Below are positions 31,170-40,347 of a stretch of DNA of 45,579 nucleotides, in pieces. This stretch comes from Candidatus Fervidifonticultor secundus (GTDB lineage Bacteria; Sysuimicrobiota; Sysuimicrobiia; Sysuimicrobiales; Humicultoraceae), in assembly GCA_031459385.1 (NCBI GenBank), contig JAVKIP010000018.1, positions 1-45,579 on the forward strand. The letters run 5' to 3'. The notes under the pieces were generated by a model. That model had not been told where the DNA came from. It saw nothing but the letters and a program-made list of their open reading frames with translations, and searched no databases. Position numbers and translations under genes: made by a program. Numbering within the stretch: the stretch's first letter is position 1; each line of letters starts with the position of its first letter.

Positions 31170-32350
31170 TGCGCGTGGGACTGGATCTCTGGCACGCCAC
31201 TCTGGACAGCGGGGGGATCGGCCGCTATGCGGTGGAGCTGACCAAGGCGCTCGTGGCGCTTCAGAGCGAGAGTCCGGGTCCGAGCTACGTGTTGTTTCCA
31301 GGCAGGGGACAGCCGGCCTGGATGGAGGCGGTGCTAGCGGAGCACGCGAATACCTGTCTGGGTATTCGTCGCTGGAGGTGGCCACGAGCAGGGATTCCCG
31401 CCAGAGTAGCGCGGGCGGCTCTGCTCGTTGCGCGGCAGTCCCGTGCGCTCGGCGTCGACGTGCTGCACTGCATGGATTTTCTTGATACCCCCTTGGGGGC
31501 GGTTGGGAAGACGCGAATCGTCGCGACGGTTCACGATATTTCGCCTATTCTGTATCCGGAAACGTTCACGAAGCGGCATGCCCTGTTTTTCGGCGCATTG
31601 GCTCGTGCGCTGGCACGGAGAGCGGACCGCTTGATTACTGTGTCCCGCGCCGCCGCAGCTGAGATTATTGAGTGGGATGGGACGCTCAGCGAAAAGCTCA
31701 GCGTGGTTTACCTGGGTGTGAGCGATGTGTTTCGTCCGGCCGAGCCGCGTATGGTGAATGACGTGCGAGCGCGGTATCAGCTTCCCGCGGAGTACCTTGC
31801 GTGTCTCGCTACTGTGCAGCCGCGAAAGAATCTCGAGCGGCTGATCGACGCTTATGCGTTACTTATCGGACGCGATGCGCTGGTGCCACCACTGGTGGTT
31901 GCTGGACGTCTCGGCTGGCTGTACGGCCCAATCTTGCGGGCCATCGCTGAGGGACGGCTGCAGGCCCACGTGCGACTCCTGGGATTCGTGCCGGACGAGC
32001 ATCTTCCGGCTCTGCTGACCGGGGCCAAGGCGTTTGTCTTTCCGTCCATTCACGAAGGATTCGGCTTGCCGGTCCTCGAGGCGATGGCGTGCGGGACGCC
32101 GGTGGTCACTAGCAATTGCTCGTCCCTGCCCGAGATCGCCGGAGATGCGGCGGTACTCGTGGATCCTCGCGACGTCGAGTCTATTGCTTATGGTATCCAA
32201 AGCATCCTCACCGACGCGGCTCTCGCTGCGGAACTGATGCAGCGTGGGTTCCGGCGAGCGGCAACCTTCACGTGGCCCCGTGCTGCCCAAAGGACACTCG
32301 ATGTCTACCGCATGTCCCTTGGGGAGGCGCCACGTCCAGGACAGGCGTAA
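31169..32350 (+). CDS. Glycosyltransferase family 4
   Basis: GGIGRY, TVHD, PRKNL, FVFPSIHEGFGLPVLEAMACG. GTG start overlaps the flippase stop. Confidence 0.92.
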   Translation: MRVGLDLWHATLDSGGIGRYAVELTKALVALQSESPGPSYVLFPGRGQPAWMEAVLAEHANTCLGIRRWRWPRAGIPARVARAALLVARQSRALGVDVLHCMDFLDTPLGAVGKTRIVATVHDISPILYPETFTKRHALFFGALARALARRADRLITVSRAAAAEIIEWDGTLSEKLSVVYLGVSDVFRPAEPRMVNDVRARYQLPAEYLACLATVQPRKNLERLIDAYALLIGRDALVPPLVVAGRLGWLYGPILRAIAEGRLQAHVRLLGFVPDEHLPALLTGAKAFVFPSIHEGFGLPVLEAMACGTPVVTSNCSSLPEIAGDAAVLVDPRDVESIAYGIQSILTDAALAAELMQRGFRRAATFTWPRAAQRTLDVYRMSLGEAPRPGQA

Positions 32351-32351
32351 C

Positions 32352-33275
32352 ATGCGGGGCTGGATCCAGCAGGGGCGTGTGCGAGACATCCGACAGCGTG
32401 CCGCGCGTTGGTTACGAGCCCTGGGCAAGCGTCTGGGGCCGACCGCGGTCTACTTGGGAGATGGCGCGGTGCTTACCAGATTGGTCTCTGGCGAGGTGAT
32501 GTTGCTCGATGGTCGCGATCGGTCGGTGGCCCCCGTGCTCATCATGGACGGGGTGTGGGAGCCAGACGTCACGCAGGTCGTATTACGATGCGTACGGCCA
32601 GGTATGCGCGTCCTCGATGTTGGCGCGAACTTCGGGTATTTTACGCTCTTGCTGTGCCGGCGAGTAGGGACCGAAGGGAGAGTCTACGCGTTCGAGCCCC
32701 AGGCGCGTGTGCACGCGTTTCTCGAATACAACATCGAATGCAACGCCTACGGGACCGTTGCGCGAGCCTACCGCTTGGCACTTGGGGCAAGTGCGGGAAC
32801 TCAACTGCTCAGGCGGGTCGAGAGCGGCTTGGGGGTACGGGCGGGCAGTGCGTCGGTCAGAGAGGAAGTGGCACGGGAATTGCTGCCGGCCGTGAGCGAG
32901 GCAGTCCTCGCGCAGGAGACCGCGGAGGTGACCCGCCTGGACGACCTTGGCCTTGGCGAGATCGATTTCGCGAAGATCGATGCCGAGGGGGCCGAGTACG
33001 ACGTTTGGAGAGGCGGTCGCAGTACCCTGTCGCAGGCGGCGTGCCTCATCATGGAGTACGGACCGCGGTCGCTCGCGGCAGGCCCCGCCCTTCTGGAGGA
33101 ACTCCGCGACGCGGGGTTTCGCCTGGCGATTATCGAACGTGGGGGCAGGCTCACCGCGGCGTTGCCCCCTGAGATTCACTCCGTGGCGGAGGATCGCGGG
33201 TTCGTGCACGTCTTCGCAGGAAAGCCGCGGTACCTGGCTGATTTGGGTCTCCGTGTTGAGAAAGCCAAGTTGTAG
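32352..33275 (+). CDS. FkbM family methyltransferase
   Basis: VLDVGANFGYF, YAFEP and KIDAEGAE motifs. Confidence 0.92.
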   Translation: MRGWIQQGRVRDIRQRAARWLRALGKRLGPTAVYLGDGAVLTRLVSGEVMLLDGRDRSVAPVLIMDGVWEPDVTQVVLRCVRPGMRVLDVGANFGYFTLLLCRRVGTEGRVYAFEPQARVHAFLEYNIECNAYGTVARAYRLALGASAGTQLLRRVESGLGVRAGSASVREEVARELLPAVSEAVLAQETAEVTRLDDLGLGEIDFAKIDAEGAEYDVWRGGRSTLSQAACLIMEYGPRSLAAGPALLEELRDAGFRLAIIERGGRLTAALPPEIHSVAEDRGFVHVFAGKPRYLADLGLRVEKAKL

Positions 33276-33364
33276 ATGATTGAAACGCCGGCGCTGACGT
33301 GCGTTCCCGGACCGTACCCCTGAGGGTCTGACGGAGCGCTGTGTTTGACATTACCGGTGCATGC

Positions 33365-34165
33365 ATGGACACGCAGGAAGGTGCCATGGAATGGCGTGCG
33401 CGTCGCATTCAGCTTGGTGGCATCGCCATCGATGCTGTCGGCGTGTCGGACGCGGTGGCGGCCGTGGCTAGCGCGCTCCAGGCGCGCGTGCGAGGGTACG
33501 TCGTGACGCCGAACGTTGATCATGTGGTGCGCGCGCGGCGCATGCCGCACTTGCGAATTGTGTACGAGGACGCCTGGTTGAGTCTGGCAGACGGGATGCC
33601 GCTCGTGTGGGCTTCTCGTCTGCTGCGTCGACCGTTGCCGGAACGCACCACGGGGGCCGATCTGCTACCCGCATTGTGTGCCATGGCTGCAGCGCAGCGG
33701 TATTCCGTCTTTTTCCTCGGCAGCAGTGGACACACGGCTCAACGTGCGGCGTCCAATCTCGTCGCACGGTTTCCCGGCCTTCGTGTGGCGGGCGTGTATG
33801 GTTCGCCAGCGCGGTTTTCGCCGGACGGCCCAGCGGCTGAGGCCGCCGTTGCGGCTGTCGCGGAGGCCGGACCGGATCTGCTTTTCGTAGGACTCGGTTC
33901 TCCCAAGCAGGAACTGTTCGTTCATCGGCATCGGGCGCGCCTTGCCTGCACCGTTGCGATCTGCTGCGGCGCGGCGGTCGACTACGCTGCGGGTGTCAGG
34001 CCCCGCGCCCCCCGCTGGCTGCAGCGCGCGGGTCTGGAATGGCTCTGGCGCCTCGCCCACGAACCGCGCCGCCTGTGGCGCCGCTACCTTGTCGATGATA
34101 TGGCGTTTCTCGGCATAGTCCTCAGAGAGTGGTGGCAAGAGCAGAGGGGCAACTCGAGGCCGTAA
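33365..34165 (+). CDS. WecG/TagA/CpsF family glycosyltransferase
   Basis: VTPNVDH, ADGMP, GLGSPKQE, RAP.W...GLEWLWRL..EPRRLWRRY. Start 33365 or 33386. Confidence 0.92.
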   Translation: MDTQEGAMEWRARRIQLGGIAIDAVGVSDAVAAVASALQARVRGYVVTPNVDHVVRARRMPHLRIVYEDAWLSLADGMPLVWASRLLRRPLPERTTGADLLPALCAMAAAQRYSVFFLGSSGHTAQRAASNLVARFPGLRVAGVYGSPARFSPDGPAAEAAVAAVAEAGPDLLFVGLGSPKQELFVHRHRARLACTVAICCGAAVDYAAGVRPRAPRWLQRAGLEWLWRLAHEPRRLWRRYLVDDMAFLGIVLREWWQEQRGNSRP

Positions 34166-34196
34166 CGGCGCGCATGCCGGCCAACACGCGTGGCCC

Positions 34197-34940
34197 GTGC
34201 TTAGCGTAGCGGCTGGCGTGGTGTGGGTTGTCCTTCCCGCGTACAACGAGGCCGCCTCGCTGCCTCCGTTGCTGGAGGGACTGGCGGCGCTACCCCGGAG
34301 CCTCGTCTGGCGCGCAGTGCTGGTGGACGACGGCAGCCATGATGGCACCGGCGACGTGGCCCGGGCGGGCGCAACGCGCCTGCCGATAGACGTGGTGGTG
34401 CACGAGCAAAACCGAGGCCTGGCAGCGGCACTGCGCACAGGCCTGGAGTACGCATGTGCGCGCGCGGCGCCCGACGATGTGATAGTGACCATGGATGCCG
34501 ACAACACCCATGACCCTGCGCAGATTCCCCAGATGCTGCAGGCGATCGCCGGCGGGACCGACCTAGTCGTGGCGTCGCGCTACGTGCGGGGGGCGCGGCA
34601 GGTGGGCGTGCCCATCCACCGTGTGCTGCTCAGCGCGGGCGTGGGCTGGCTGCTACGGGTACGGTTCGGGCTTCCGGGCGTGCGCGACTACTCCTGCTGG
34701 TACCGCGCGTACCGCGCGAGTCTATTGCAGCGGGCACTGGGCCGCTACGGAGCGCGGCTGATCGAAGCCAGTGGGTTTGATGTCATGGCCGAAGTGCTGA
34801 TCAAGTTAGCACCGCTGCGCCCGCGGGTGGCGGAGGTGCCGCTGCTGCTGCGCTACGACCGCAAGCCAGGACCGAGCAAGATGCCCACGATGCGGACGGT
34901 CCTGGGGTACCTCCGGTTGCTGTGGTCGCGACGGCGGTGA
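34197..34940 (+). CDS. Glycosyltransferase family 2 (DPM synthase-like)
   Basis: LPAYNE, VDDGS.DGT, MDAD.TH and ASRY motifs. Confidence 0.9.
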   Translation: MLSVAAGVVWVVLPAYNEAASLPPLLEGLAALPRSLVWRAVLVDDGSHDGTGDVARAGATRLPIDVVVHEQNRGLAAALRTGLEYACARAAPDDVIVTMDADNTHDPAQIPQMLQAIAGGTDLVVASRYVRGARQVGVPIHRVLLSAGVGWLLRVRFGLPGVRDYSCWYRAYRASLLQRALGRYGARLIEASGFDVMAEVLIKLAPLRPRVAEVPLLLRYDRKPGPSKMPTMRTVLGYLRLLWSRRR

Positions 34941-34985
34941 CGCCCGCAACGAGTATTCGGTCACGGGGCCCGACGCGCTCGCCTT

Positions 34986-35130
34986 GAATGGCTCTGGCGC
35001 CTCGCCGCTCTGGCGCCTCGCCTGTGAGCCCCGGCGCCTGTGGCGGCGCCACCTGGTCGATGATGTGGCGTTTGTGGGCATAGTCCTAAGAGAGTGGTGG
35101 CGACAACGGACCGTCAGGTCGAGGCCGTAG
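34986..35130 (+). pseudogene. Remnant 3' end of a second WecG/TagA-family gene
   Basis: Aligns to 34037-34165 and encodes LWRLACEPRRLWRRHLVDDVAFVGIVLREWWRQRTVRSRP*. Frameshifted by a 16-bp tandem duplication (34991-35022), 5' part missing. Confidence 0.85.
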
Positions 35131-36554
35131 CGGAAGTTTCGCTTCCCTGGGTCATCGTGCGCCACCTGCCTCGACTGGGGACGGCCGGGCTGGCGCGTCT
35201 GAGCCTGGCGGCCGGCGACCTGCTGGCCCTGGGCCTGGCCCTGGCCGTGGCCGTGGGGCTGCGTGTCTCGGTGCTGCCGGCGCTCTCGGCGGCGTTTTCC
35301 CGCCCGACCTACCCGCTGTCTCACTACTTCGGCCTCTGGTGGCTCCCGGTGGTCTACCTGGTGGCCCTGTGGCACGCCGGGCTCTACACCCGCCGCGATC
35401 CGTTCTGGGAGGAAACGCGGCGATGTGCATCCGGCGTTACCGCGGCCGCCGTGCTCATCTTCGCGGTGCTGGCCCTGGCCAAGGTGGGGGACGACGTGTC
35501 GCGGCCGGTGGTGGTGGTGGCCTGGGCCGTCCTGCTCGGCCTCTTGCCGCTGGCCCGGTGGGCCAGCAAACGGCTGCTGGTACGGCTCGGGCCGTGGCGG
35601 CAGCGGGTCCTTCTGGTGGGCGGCGGAGCGCAGACCGCGCGGCTGGCGGAGGCGTTGGGGCGGGCGCCGACGCTGGGGTACGAGGTCGTGGGCGTCACAG
35701 ACGACCCCGCTGTGGCTCCCGAACGCGCGCTCGCCGCGCGTGCCAGCGACGTGATCATCGCTGCCCCGCAGATGGACCGTGCAGCGTTCCTGGCGCTGGT
35801 GGAGCGCCTGCGGCCGGTGGCCGAGAACGTGCTGATCGCCCCCGACCTGAGCGAGATGCCAGTGCTGGGGGTCGAGGTGGTCGGGCTGTTCGAGGATCGG
35901 GCGCTGCTGCTCCGGGTACCCAACAACCTGCTGCGGCCCTGGAACCTGGCCGTCAAGCGCGCGTTCGACCTGACGGCCGGCGCGCTGCTGGGGCTGGCGG
36001 TCCTGCCGGTGCTGCTGGCGGCGGCGGTGGCCGTGCGCGCGACATCGCCAGGCCCGGTGTTGCATGTGGAGCCGCGGGTGGGGCGGGGCCGGCGCCTGTT
36101 CCCCTGCTTCAAGCTGCGGACGATGTACACGGACGCCGACGAGCGGCTGGCCGCGCACCTCCGGGCCCATCCGGGCGCCGCCGAGGAGTGGGAACGTTAC
36201 TGGAAGCTGCGCGGCCACGACCCGCGGGTGACGCCGGTGGGCCGGTGGCTGCGGCGCTACGGCCTCGACGAGCTGCCGCAGCTGCTGCACGTGCTCCGCG
36301 GCGAGATGAGCCTGGTCGGCCCGCGCCCCTACCTGCCCCGGGAGCTGCCCCTGCTGGCCGGCGACGGCATGCTGGACGTGCGGCCCGGCCTTACGGGCCT
36401 GTGGCAGGTGAGCGGGAAGAACGCCCTCGACTACCAGCAGCGGGTTTCCCTCGACCGGTGGTACGTGAACAACTGGTCGCTGTGGCTGGACGTGATCATT
36501 TTGGCGAAAACGGTGCCGGCGCTGGTGCGGGGGGACCGCCTGCCGGGAGACTGA
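35094..36554 (+). CDS. wbaP: Undecaprenyl-phosphate sugar phosphotransferase (WbaP family)
   Basis: TM domain, KRAFD, FKLRTM, DPRVT.VG, LDELPQL, MSLVGPRP, PGLTGLWQVSG. True start may be later (for example 35157). Confidence 0.9.
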   Translation: MVATTDRQVEAVAEVSLPWVIVRHLPRLGTAGLARLSLAAGDLLALGLALAVAVGLRVSVLPALSAAFSRPTYPLSHYFGLWWLPVVYLVALWHAGLYTRRDPFWEETRRCASGVTAAAVLIFAVLALAKVGDDVSRPVVVVAWAVLLGLLPLARWASKRLLVRLGPWRQRVLLVGGGAQTARLAEALGRAPTLGYEVVGVTDDPAVAPERALAARASDVIIAAPQMDRAAFLALVERLRPVAENVLIAPDLSEMPVLGVEVVGLFEDRALLLRVPNNLLRPWNLAVKRAFDLTAGALLGLAVLPVLLAAAVAVRATSPGPVLHVEPRVGRGRRLFPCFKLRTMYTDADERLAAHLRAHPGAAEEWERYWKLRGHDPRVTPVGRWLRRYGLDELPQLLHVLRGEMSLVGPRPYLPRELPLLAGDGMLDVRPGLTGLWQVSGKNALDYQQRVSLDRWYVNNWSLWLDVIILAKTVPALVRGDRLPGD

Positions 36555-36704
36555 CGCCTTGTGGTATCGTGCGCGCGCGGATCGTCGTGCAGTGGTATGT
36601 GCTGGGGGAAGTCGAAACGACGCCGACGGCACCGCGACGCGGCGTGCCCGCCCGGTTGCGGGTGACCGGCCCCGGGCGCCGAGGCTGGCGCCGACCCGCG
36701 CGGC

Positions 36705-37799
36705 TTACGCCAGCCCCTTGATCTTCAGTTTCAGGTCGTTGGGCGAGTCCGCCGCCCGCAGCGCGTCGTCGTAGCCGATGAGCCCGTCCTTGTGCAGGCG
36801 GTAGAGCGCCTGGTCGAACGTCTGCATCCCTTCCTGCGTGCCCATCTGGATCGCCTGCTTGATGGAGCCGATCTCGCCCTTTTTGACGAGATCGCGGATG
36901 CGGGGCGTAGCCAGCATGACCTCGATGGCCACGACCCGGCCGCGGGTATCGGCCCGGGGCACCAGGCGCTGGGAGACGATGGCCTCGAGGGTGAGCGAGA
37001 GGCGGTGCAACACCTCCTGGGTGTGGTCGGTGGGGAAGAAGGCCAGCATCCGCTCGATGGCCTGGGGCGCGTTCACCGAGTGCAGGGTGCTCAGCACGAG
37101 GTGGCCGGTCTCGGCGAAGTAGAGGGCCGCCTCGGCAGACTCCTGGTCGCGCATCTCGCCGATCAACAGCACGTCAGGGGTCTGCCGCAGTGCCGCCCGC
37201 AGGGCCTGCGGGAAGCTGGGAGTGTCGGTACCCACCTCGCGCTGGCTCACGATGCTCTGCTTGTCGGCATGGAGGAACTCGATGGGATCCTCGACGGTGA
37301 CGATGTGCCCGTCCTTGTGCTCGTTGCGGTAGTCGACCATCGCTGCCAGGGTGGTCGACTTCCCGGTGCCGGCGTGCCCGGTGACGAGCACGAGCCCCCG
37401 GGTGCGCAGGCTGAGGTCTTTCAGCACCTCGGGCAGACGGAGTTCCGCGAACGATGGGATCGTGAGGCGCACGCGGCGGGCCACGAAGGCGACCGAGCCG
37501 CGCTGCCGGTAGACGTTGATCCGGAACCGGCCGATGCCCGGGAGGCTGTAGGCCAGGTCGACGGCGTGCTCGGCACGGAACTGGGCGCGCTGGACCTCGT
37601 CGAGCATCTCGAAGGCCAGCCGCTCGGTGTCATCGCGGCTGAGGGCGGGTAGGCCGTTGGAACTCACCTGGCCGTTGATCCGGTACATGGGCGGCGTGCC
37701 CGCCTTCACGTACAGGTCGGTGGCGTCCAGGGTTTCCATGGGCTGCAGGAGGTCGACGACGCGCAATGCAGGTTGCCTTTCTTCAGCGACCAGGCTCAT
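36705..37799 (-). CDS. PilT/PilU-family ATPase (PilU-like)
   Basis: RFRIN, GHAGTGKS, EDPIE, LRQTPDV, STLH. RIRDLVKK replaces AIRNLIRE. Directly downstream of a pilT. Confidence 0.9.
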   Translation of the reverse strand: MSLVAEERQPALRVVDLLQPMETLDATDLYVKAGTPPMYRINGQVSSNGLPALSRDDTERLAFEMLDEVQRAQFRAEHAVDLAYSLPGIGRFRINVYRQRGSVAFVARRVRLTIPSFAELRLPEVLKDLSLRTRGLVLVTGHAGTGKSTTLAAMVDYRNEHKDGHIVTVEDPIEFLHADKQSIVSQREVGTDTPSFPQALRAALRQTPDVLLIGEMRDQESAEAALYFAETGHLVLSTLHSVNAPQAIERMLAFFPTDHTQEVLHRLSLTLEAIVSQRLVPRADTRGRVVAIEVMLATPRIRDLVKKGEIGSIKQAIQMGTQEGMQTFDQALYRLHKDGLIGYDDALRAADSPNDLKLKIKGLA

Positions 37800-37804
37800 C
37801 GCCC

Positions 37805-38884
37805 TCACCCCCTGGGCCCCGCCGCTGCGGGTGCCAGGCCCTCGGCAAACGCGGTCTTGTCTGCGGCCCAGCGCTGTGCCGTCTCGAGCGTGATCTTCCT
37901 GGCCTTCAACAGGTTGCGCAGCGACTGGTCGAGGCTCTGCATGCCGTCCTTGCTGCCGGTCTGGATGGCCGAAGGAATCTGATGGACCTTGTTCTCGCGA
38001 ATCATGTTCCGGACGGCGGGGGTGGCGACCAGCACCTCGACGGCGGCCACGCGGCCCTTTCCGTCGGCCGTGGGCAGCAGGGTCTGCGCCACCACGGCCA
38101 GCAGGCTCTCGGCCAGCTGGACACGGATCTGCTCCTGCTGCGTACTCGGGAAGACGTCGATGACCCGGTTGATCGTCTTGCTGGCGCTGGAGGTGTGCAG
38201 CGTGGCCATGACCAGGTGGCCGGTCTCGGCGGCGGTCAGGGCCATGGAGATCGTCTCCAGATCGCGCAGCTCGCCGACCAGGATGACGTCGGGGTCCTCA
38301 CGCAGCGCGGCGCGGAGGGCCTGGGCGAACGACTTGGCGTTCATACCCACCTCGCGCTGGTTGACCACCGACTGCCGGTGCTGATGGACGAACTCGATGG
38401 GGTCCTCGATGGTGATGACGTGACACGTGCGCCGGTCGTTGATGAGGTCGACCATGGACGCGAGCGTGGTGGACTTGCCCGATCCGGTGGGGCCCGTGAC
38501 CAGGATGAGCCCCCGGTCCTTCAGGGCCAGCTCGCCCAGGACGGGCGGCAGGCCCAGCTCCTCCAGGGACTTGATCTTCGAGGGGATCACCCGAAAGACG
38601 ATCCCCTCCCCCAACCGGTGGCGGAAGGCGTTCACCCGAAACCGCCCGAGGTGCTGCAGCTCGACCGAGAAGTCGAGGTCCCAGTGCTCTTCCAGGCGGC
38701 TCTTCTGGTTGTCGGTGAGCACCTCGTAGACCATTTCGTGGAGGTCTTCCTTGGTCAGGGGCGGCACGTCCGGGACGGTCACCAGCTCGCCGTTCAGGCG
38801 CATCTTGGGAGGGATGCCCACCGTCAGGTGGAGGTCGGAGGCCCCCGCCTGCTTGGTGAGGATCAGGAGATCGGTGATGTCCAT
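37805..38884 (-). CDS. pilT: Type IV pilus retraction ATPase PilT (second copy)
   Basis: ASDLHL, GPTGSGKS, LREDPD and AVRNMIRE motifs. GGAGG RBS before the ATG at 38884. Confidence 0.93.
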   Translation of the reverse strand: MDITDLLILTKQAGASDLHLTVGIPPKMRLNGELVTVPDVPPLTKEDLHEMVYEVLTDNQKSRLEEHWDLDFSVELQHLGRFRVNAFRHRLGEGIVFRVIPSKIKSLEELGLPPVLGELALKDRGLILVTGPTGSGKSTTLASMVDLINDRRTCHVITIEDPIEFVHQHRQSVVNQREVGMNAKSFAQALRAALREDPDVILVGELRDLETISMALTAAETGHLVMATLHTSSASKTINRVIDVFPSTQQEQIRVQLAESLLAVVAQTLLPTADGKGRVAAVEVLVATPAVRNMIRENKVHQIPSAIQTGSKDGMQSLDQSLRNLLKARKITLETAQRWAADKTAFAEGLAPAAAGPRG

Positions 38885-39011
38885 GCGGTGCCCTCCATGT
38901 GTGTCCGATTCCCGCCACGCCCGCGGCACCATGGCCGCCAATCGAGCGCGGCCGGGGCGCGGGACAGTTGTCGCGAGGAACCGGTCGAACGGACTCGTGC
39001 ACGCAGGGGTT

Positions 39012-39037
39012 ATGCCCAACCCTCCGGGGGCTCAGTC
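39012..39037 (-). promoter_or_regulatory. Putative SigB/F-type promoter (copy 7) for pilT2-pilU
   Basis: Minus strand GACT(39037-39034)-N16-GGGCAT(39017-39012). GGGCATAACCCC is identical to copy 1. Confidence 0.65.
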
Positions 39038-39112
39038 ATACCTGCGGTGCGGAAGGAGACGTGCGCTGGACCGCTGGCGTTTCGGAAGAGACCCAAGTAG
39101 GCGGGGCCGGGA

Positions 39113-39141
39113 TTGCCGCCCCGGAGGCCAGGTGCTAGCCT
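39113..39141 (+). promoter_or_regulatory. Possible SigA promoter for the GT2-GtrA gene
   Basis: TTGCCG-N17-TAGCCT with an extended -10 TG. Confidence 0.45.
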
Positions 39142-39168
39142 GTCGGCGGAGGTGGGGTTGCAGGCGAT

Positions 39169-40260
39169 ATGCCGGCGCTCTCTGTCGTTATTCCCACGCG
39201 CAACGAACGCGAGGCCCTTCCGAGCCTGCTTCGTGAAGTCAGGGCGGCGCTGGACGGCGTGGACTACGAGCTGATCTTCGTGGACGACAGCACCGACGGT
39301 ACCGACGCGGTGCTGGCCGATATGGCCCGCGCCGATTGCCGGGTGACGGTCTACCACCGGCACGACACCACCGGCCTGGCCAGCGCGGTGGTCGAGGGCA
39401 TCGCGCGCAGCCGGGGCGAGGCGATCGCCGTGCTCGACGCCGATCTGCAGCACCCGCCGGGGCTGCTCCCCGTGATGCTGCAGCGCCTGGAGGCCGAGCG
39501 CGCCGATCTCGTGGTGGCCTCCCGCTACCTGCCGGGGGCCGGGGCGCCGGGGTTGAGCAGGCCGCGCCGGGTCGTGTCGATCCTCACTCGGCTGCTGGCG
39601 CAGGCCTTGCTGCGGGGCGCGCGCCGCAGTACCGACCCGCTGTCAGGGTTCTTCGTCGTGCGCCGCGCGGCGGTGGAGGGCGTCGCCCTGCGGCCCGTGG
39701 GCTTCAAGATCCTGCTGGAGATCCTGGTGCGCGGCCGCTACGCCAGGGTTGCCGAAGTGCCGTACGCGTTCGGGCCCCGCGCGGCGGGGCAGACGAAGGC
39801 GACGATGCAGCAGGGGGTGGAGTACCTGCGGCATGTGGCGCTGCTGCTCGCGACAAGCCCCGGCGATGCCCGCCTGTGGAAGTTCCTGCTGGTCGGGGCG
39901 AGCGGGATGGGCGTCAACGTGGCCGTGTTCTGGTTCCTCACCCACCCGCTGGGCGTACACTACTTCCCGGCAGGCCTGGTCGCCGGGGGCGTGTCGACGT
40001 TCACGAACTACCTGCTGAACAGCGCCTTCACGTGGGCCGACCGCCCCGCAGGGGCGATGAGGATCTTCCTGCAGCGCCTGGGCAAGTACTACATGGCTAC
40101 CTGGGCCGGAAACATGGTCTACCTCGGGCTGCTCACGGCCCTGGCATACTTGGGGCTGGCCCCCATGCTCGCCAATCTCGTCGCGGTCGCGGCCGGCGGC
40201 GGGCTCAACTACCTGATGCACAACGTGTGGACCTGGGGGCAGCAGGGGGCGCGGACGTAG
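39169..40260 (+). CDS. Polyprenol-phosphate sugar synthase (GT2) fused to a GtrA flippase domain
   Basis: VVIPTRNE, VDDS.DGT, DADLQHPP, DPLSGFF, GFKILLE. C-terminal KFLLVGASG...NY.LN..FTW GtrA domain. Confidence 0.9.
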   Translation: MPALSVVIPTRNEREALPSLLREVRAALDGVDYELIFVDDSTDGTDAVLADMARADCRVTVYHRHDTTGLASAVVEGIARSRGEAIAVLDADLQHPPGLLPVMLQRLEAERADLVVASRYLPGAGAPGLSRPRRVVSILTRLLAQALLRGARRSTDPLSGFFVVRRAAVEGVALRPVGFKILLEILVRGRYARVAEVPYAFGPRAAGQTKATMQQGVEYLRHVALLLATSPGDARLWKFLLVGASGMGVNVAVFWFLTHPLGVHYFPAGLVAGGVSTFTNYLLNSAFTWADRPAGAMRIFLQRLGKYYMATWAGNMVYLGLLTALAYLGLAPMLANLVAVAAGGGLNYLMHNVWTWGQQGART

Positions 40261-40347
40261 CCGCAGCGAGCCCACGGGGATCGATCTGGCCCAAGGCGCC
40301 CCTGAGCCTCTGGGACGCGTGGTACGATGTAGCGAAAGGGGAGCACC

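Noticed and set aside
33345..33373. TTGACA before the WecG/TagA gene
   Set aside because: No -10 element at 16-18 nt spacing.
36555..36704. Extended -10-like TGGTATCGT and possible small RNA between convergent wbaP and pilU
   Set aside because: No -35 element, terminator or recognisable RNA family, so the evidence is insufficient.
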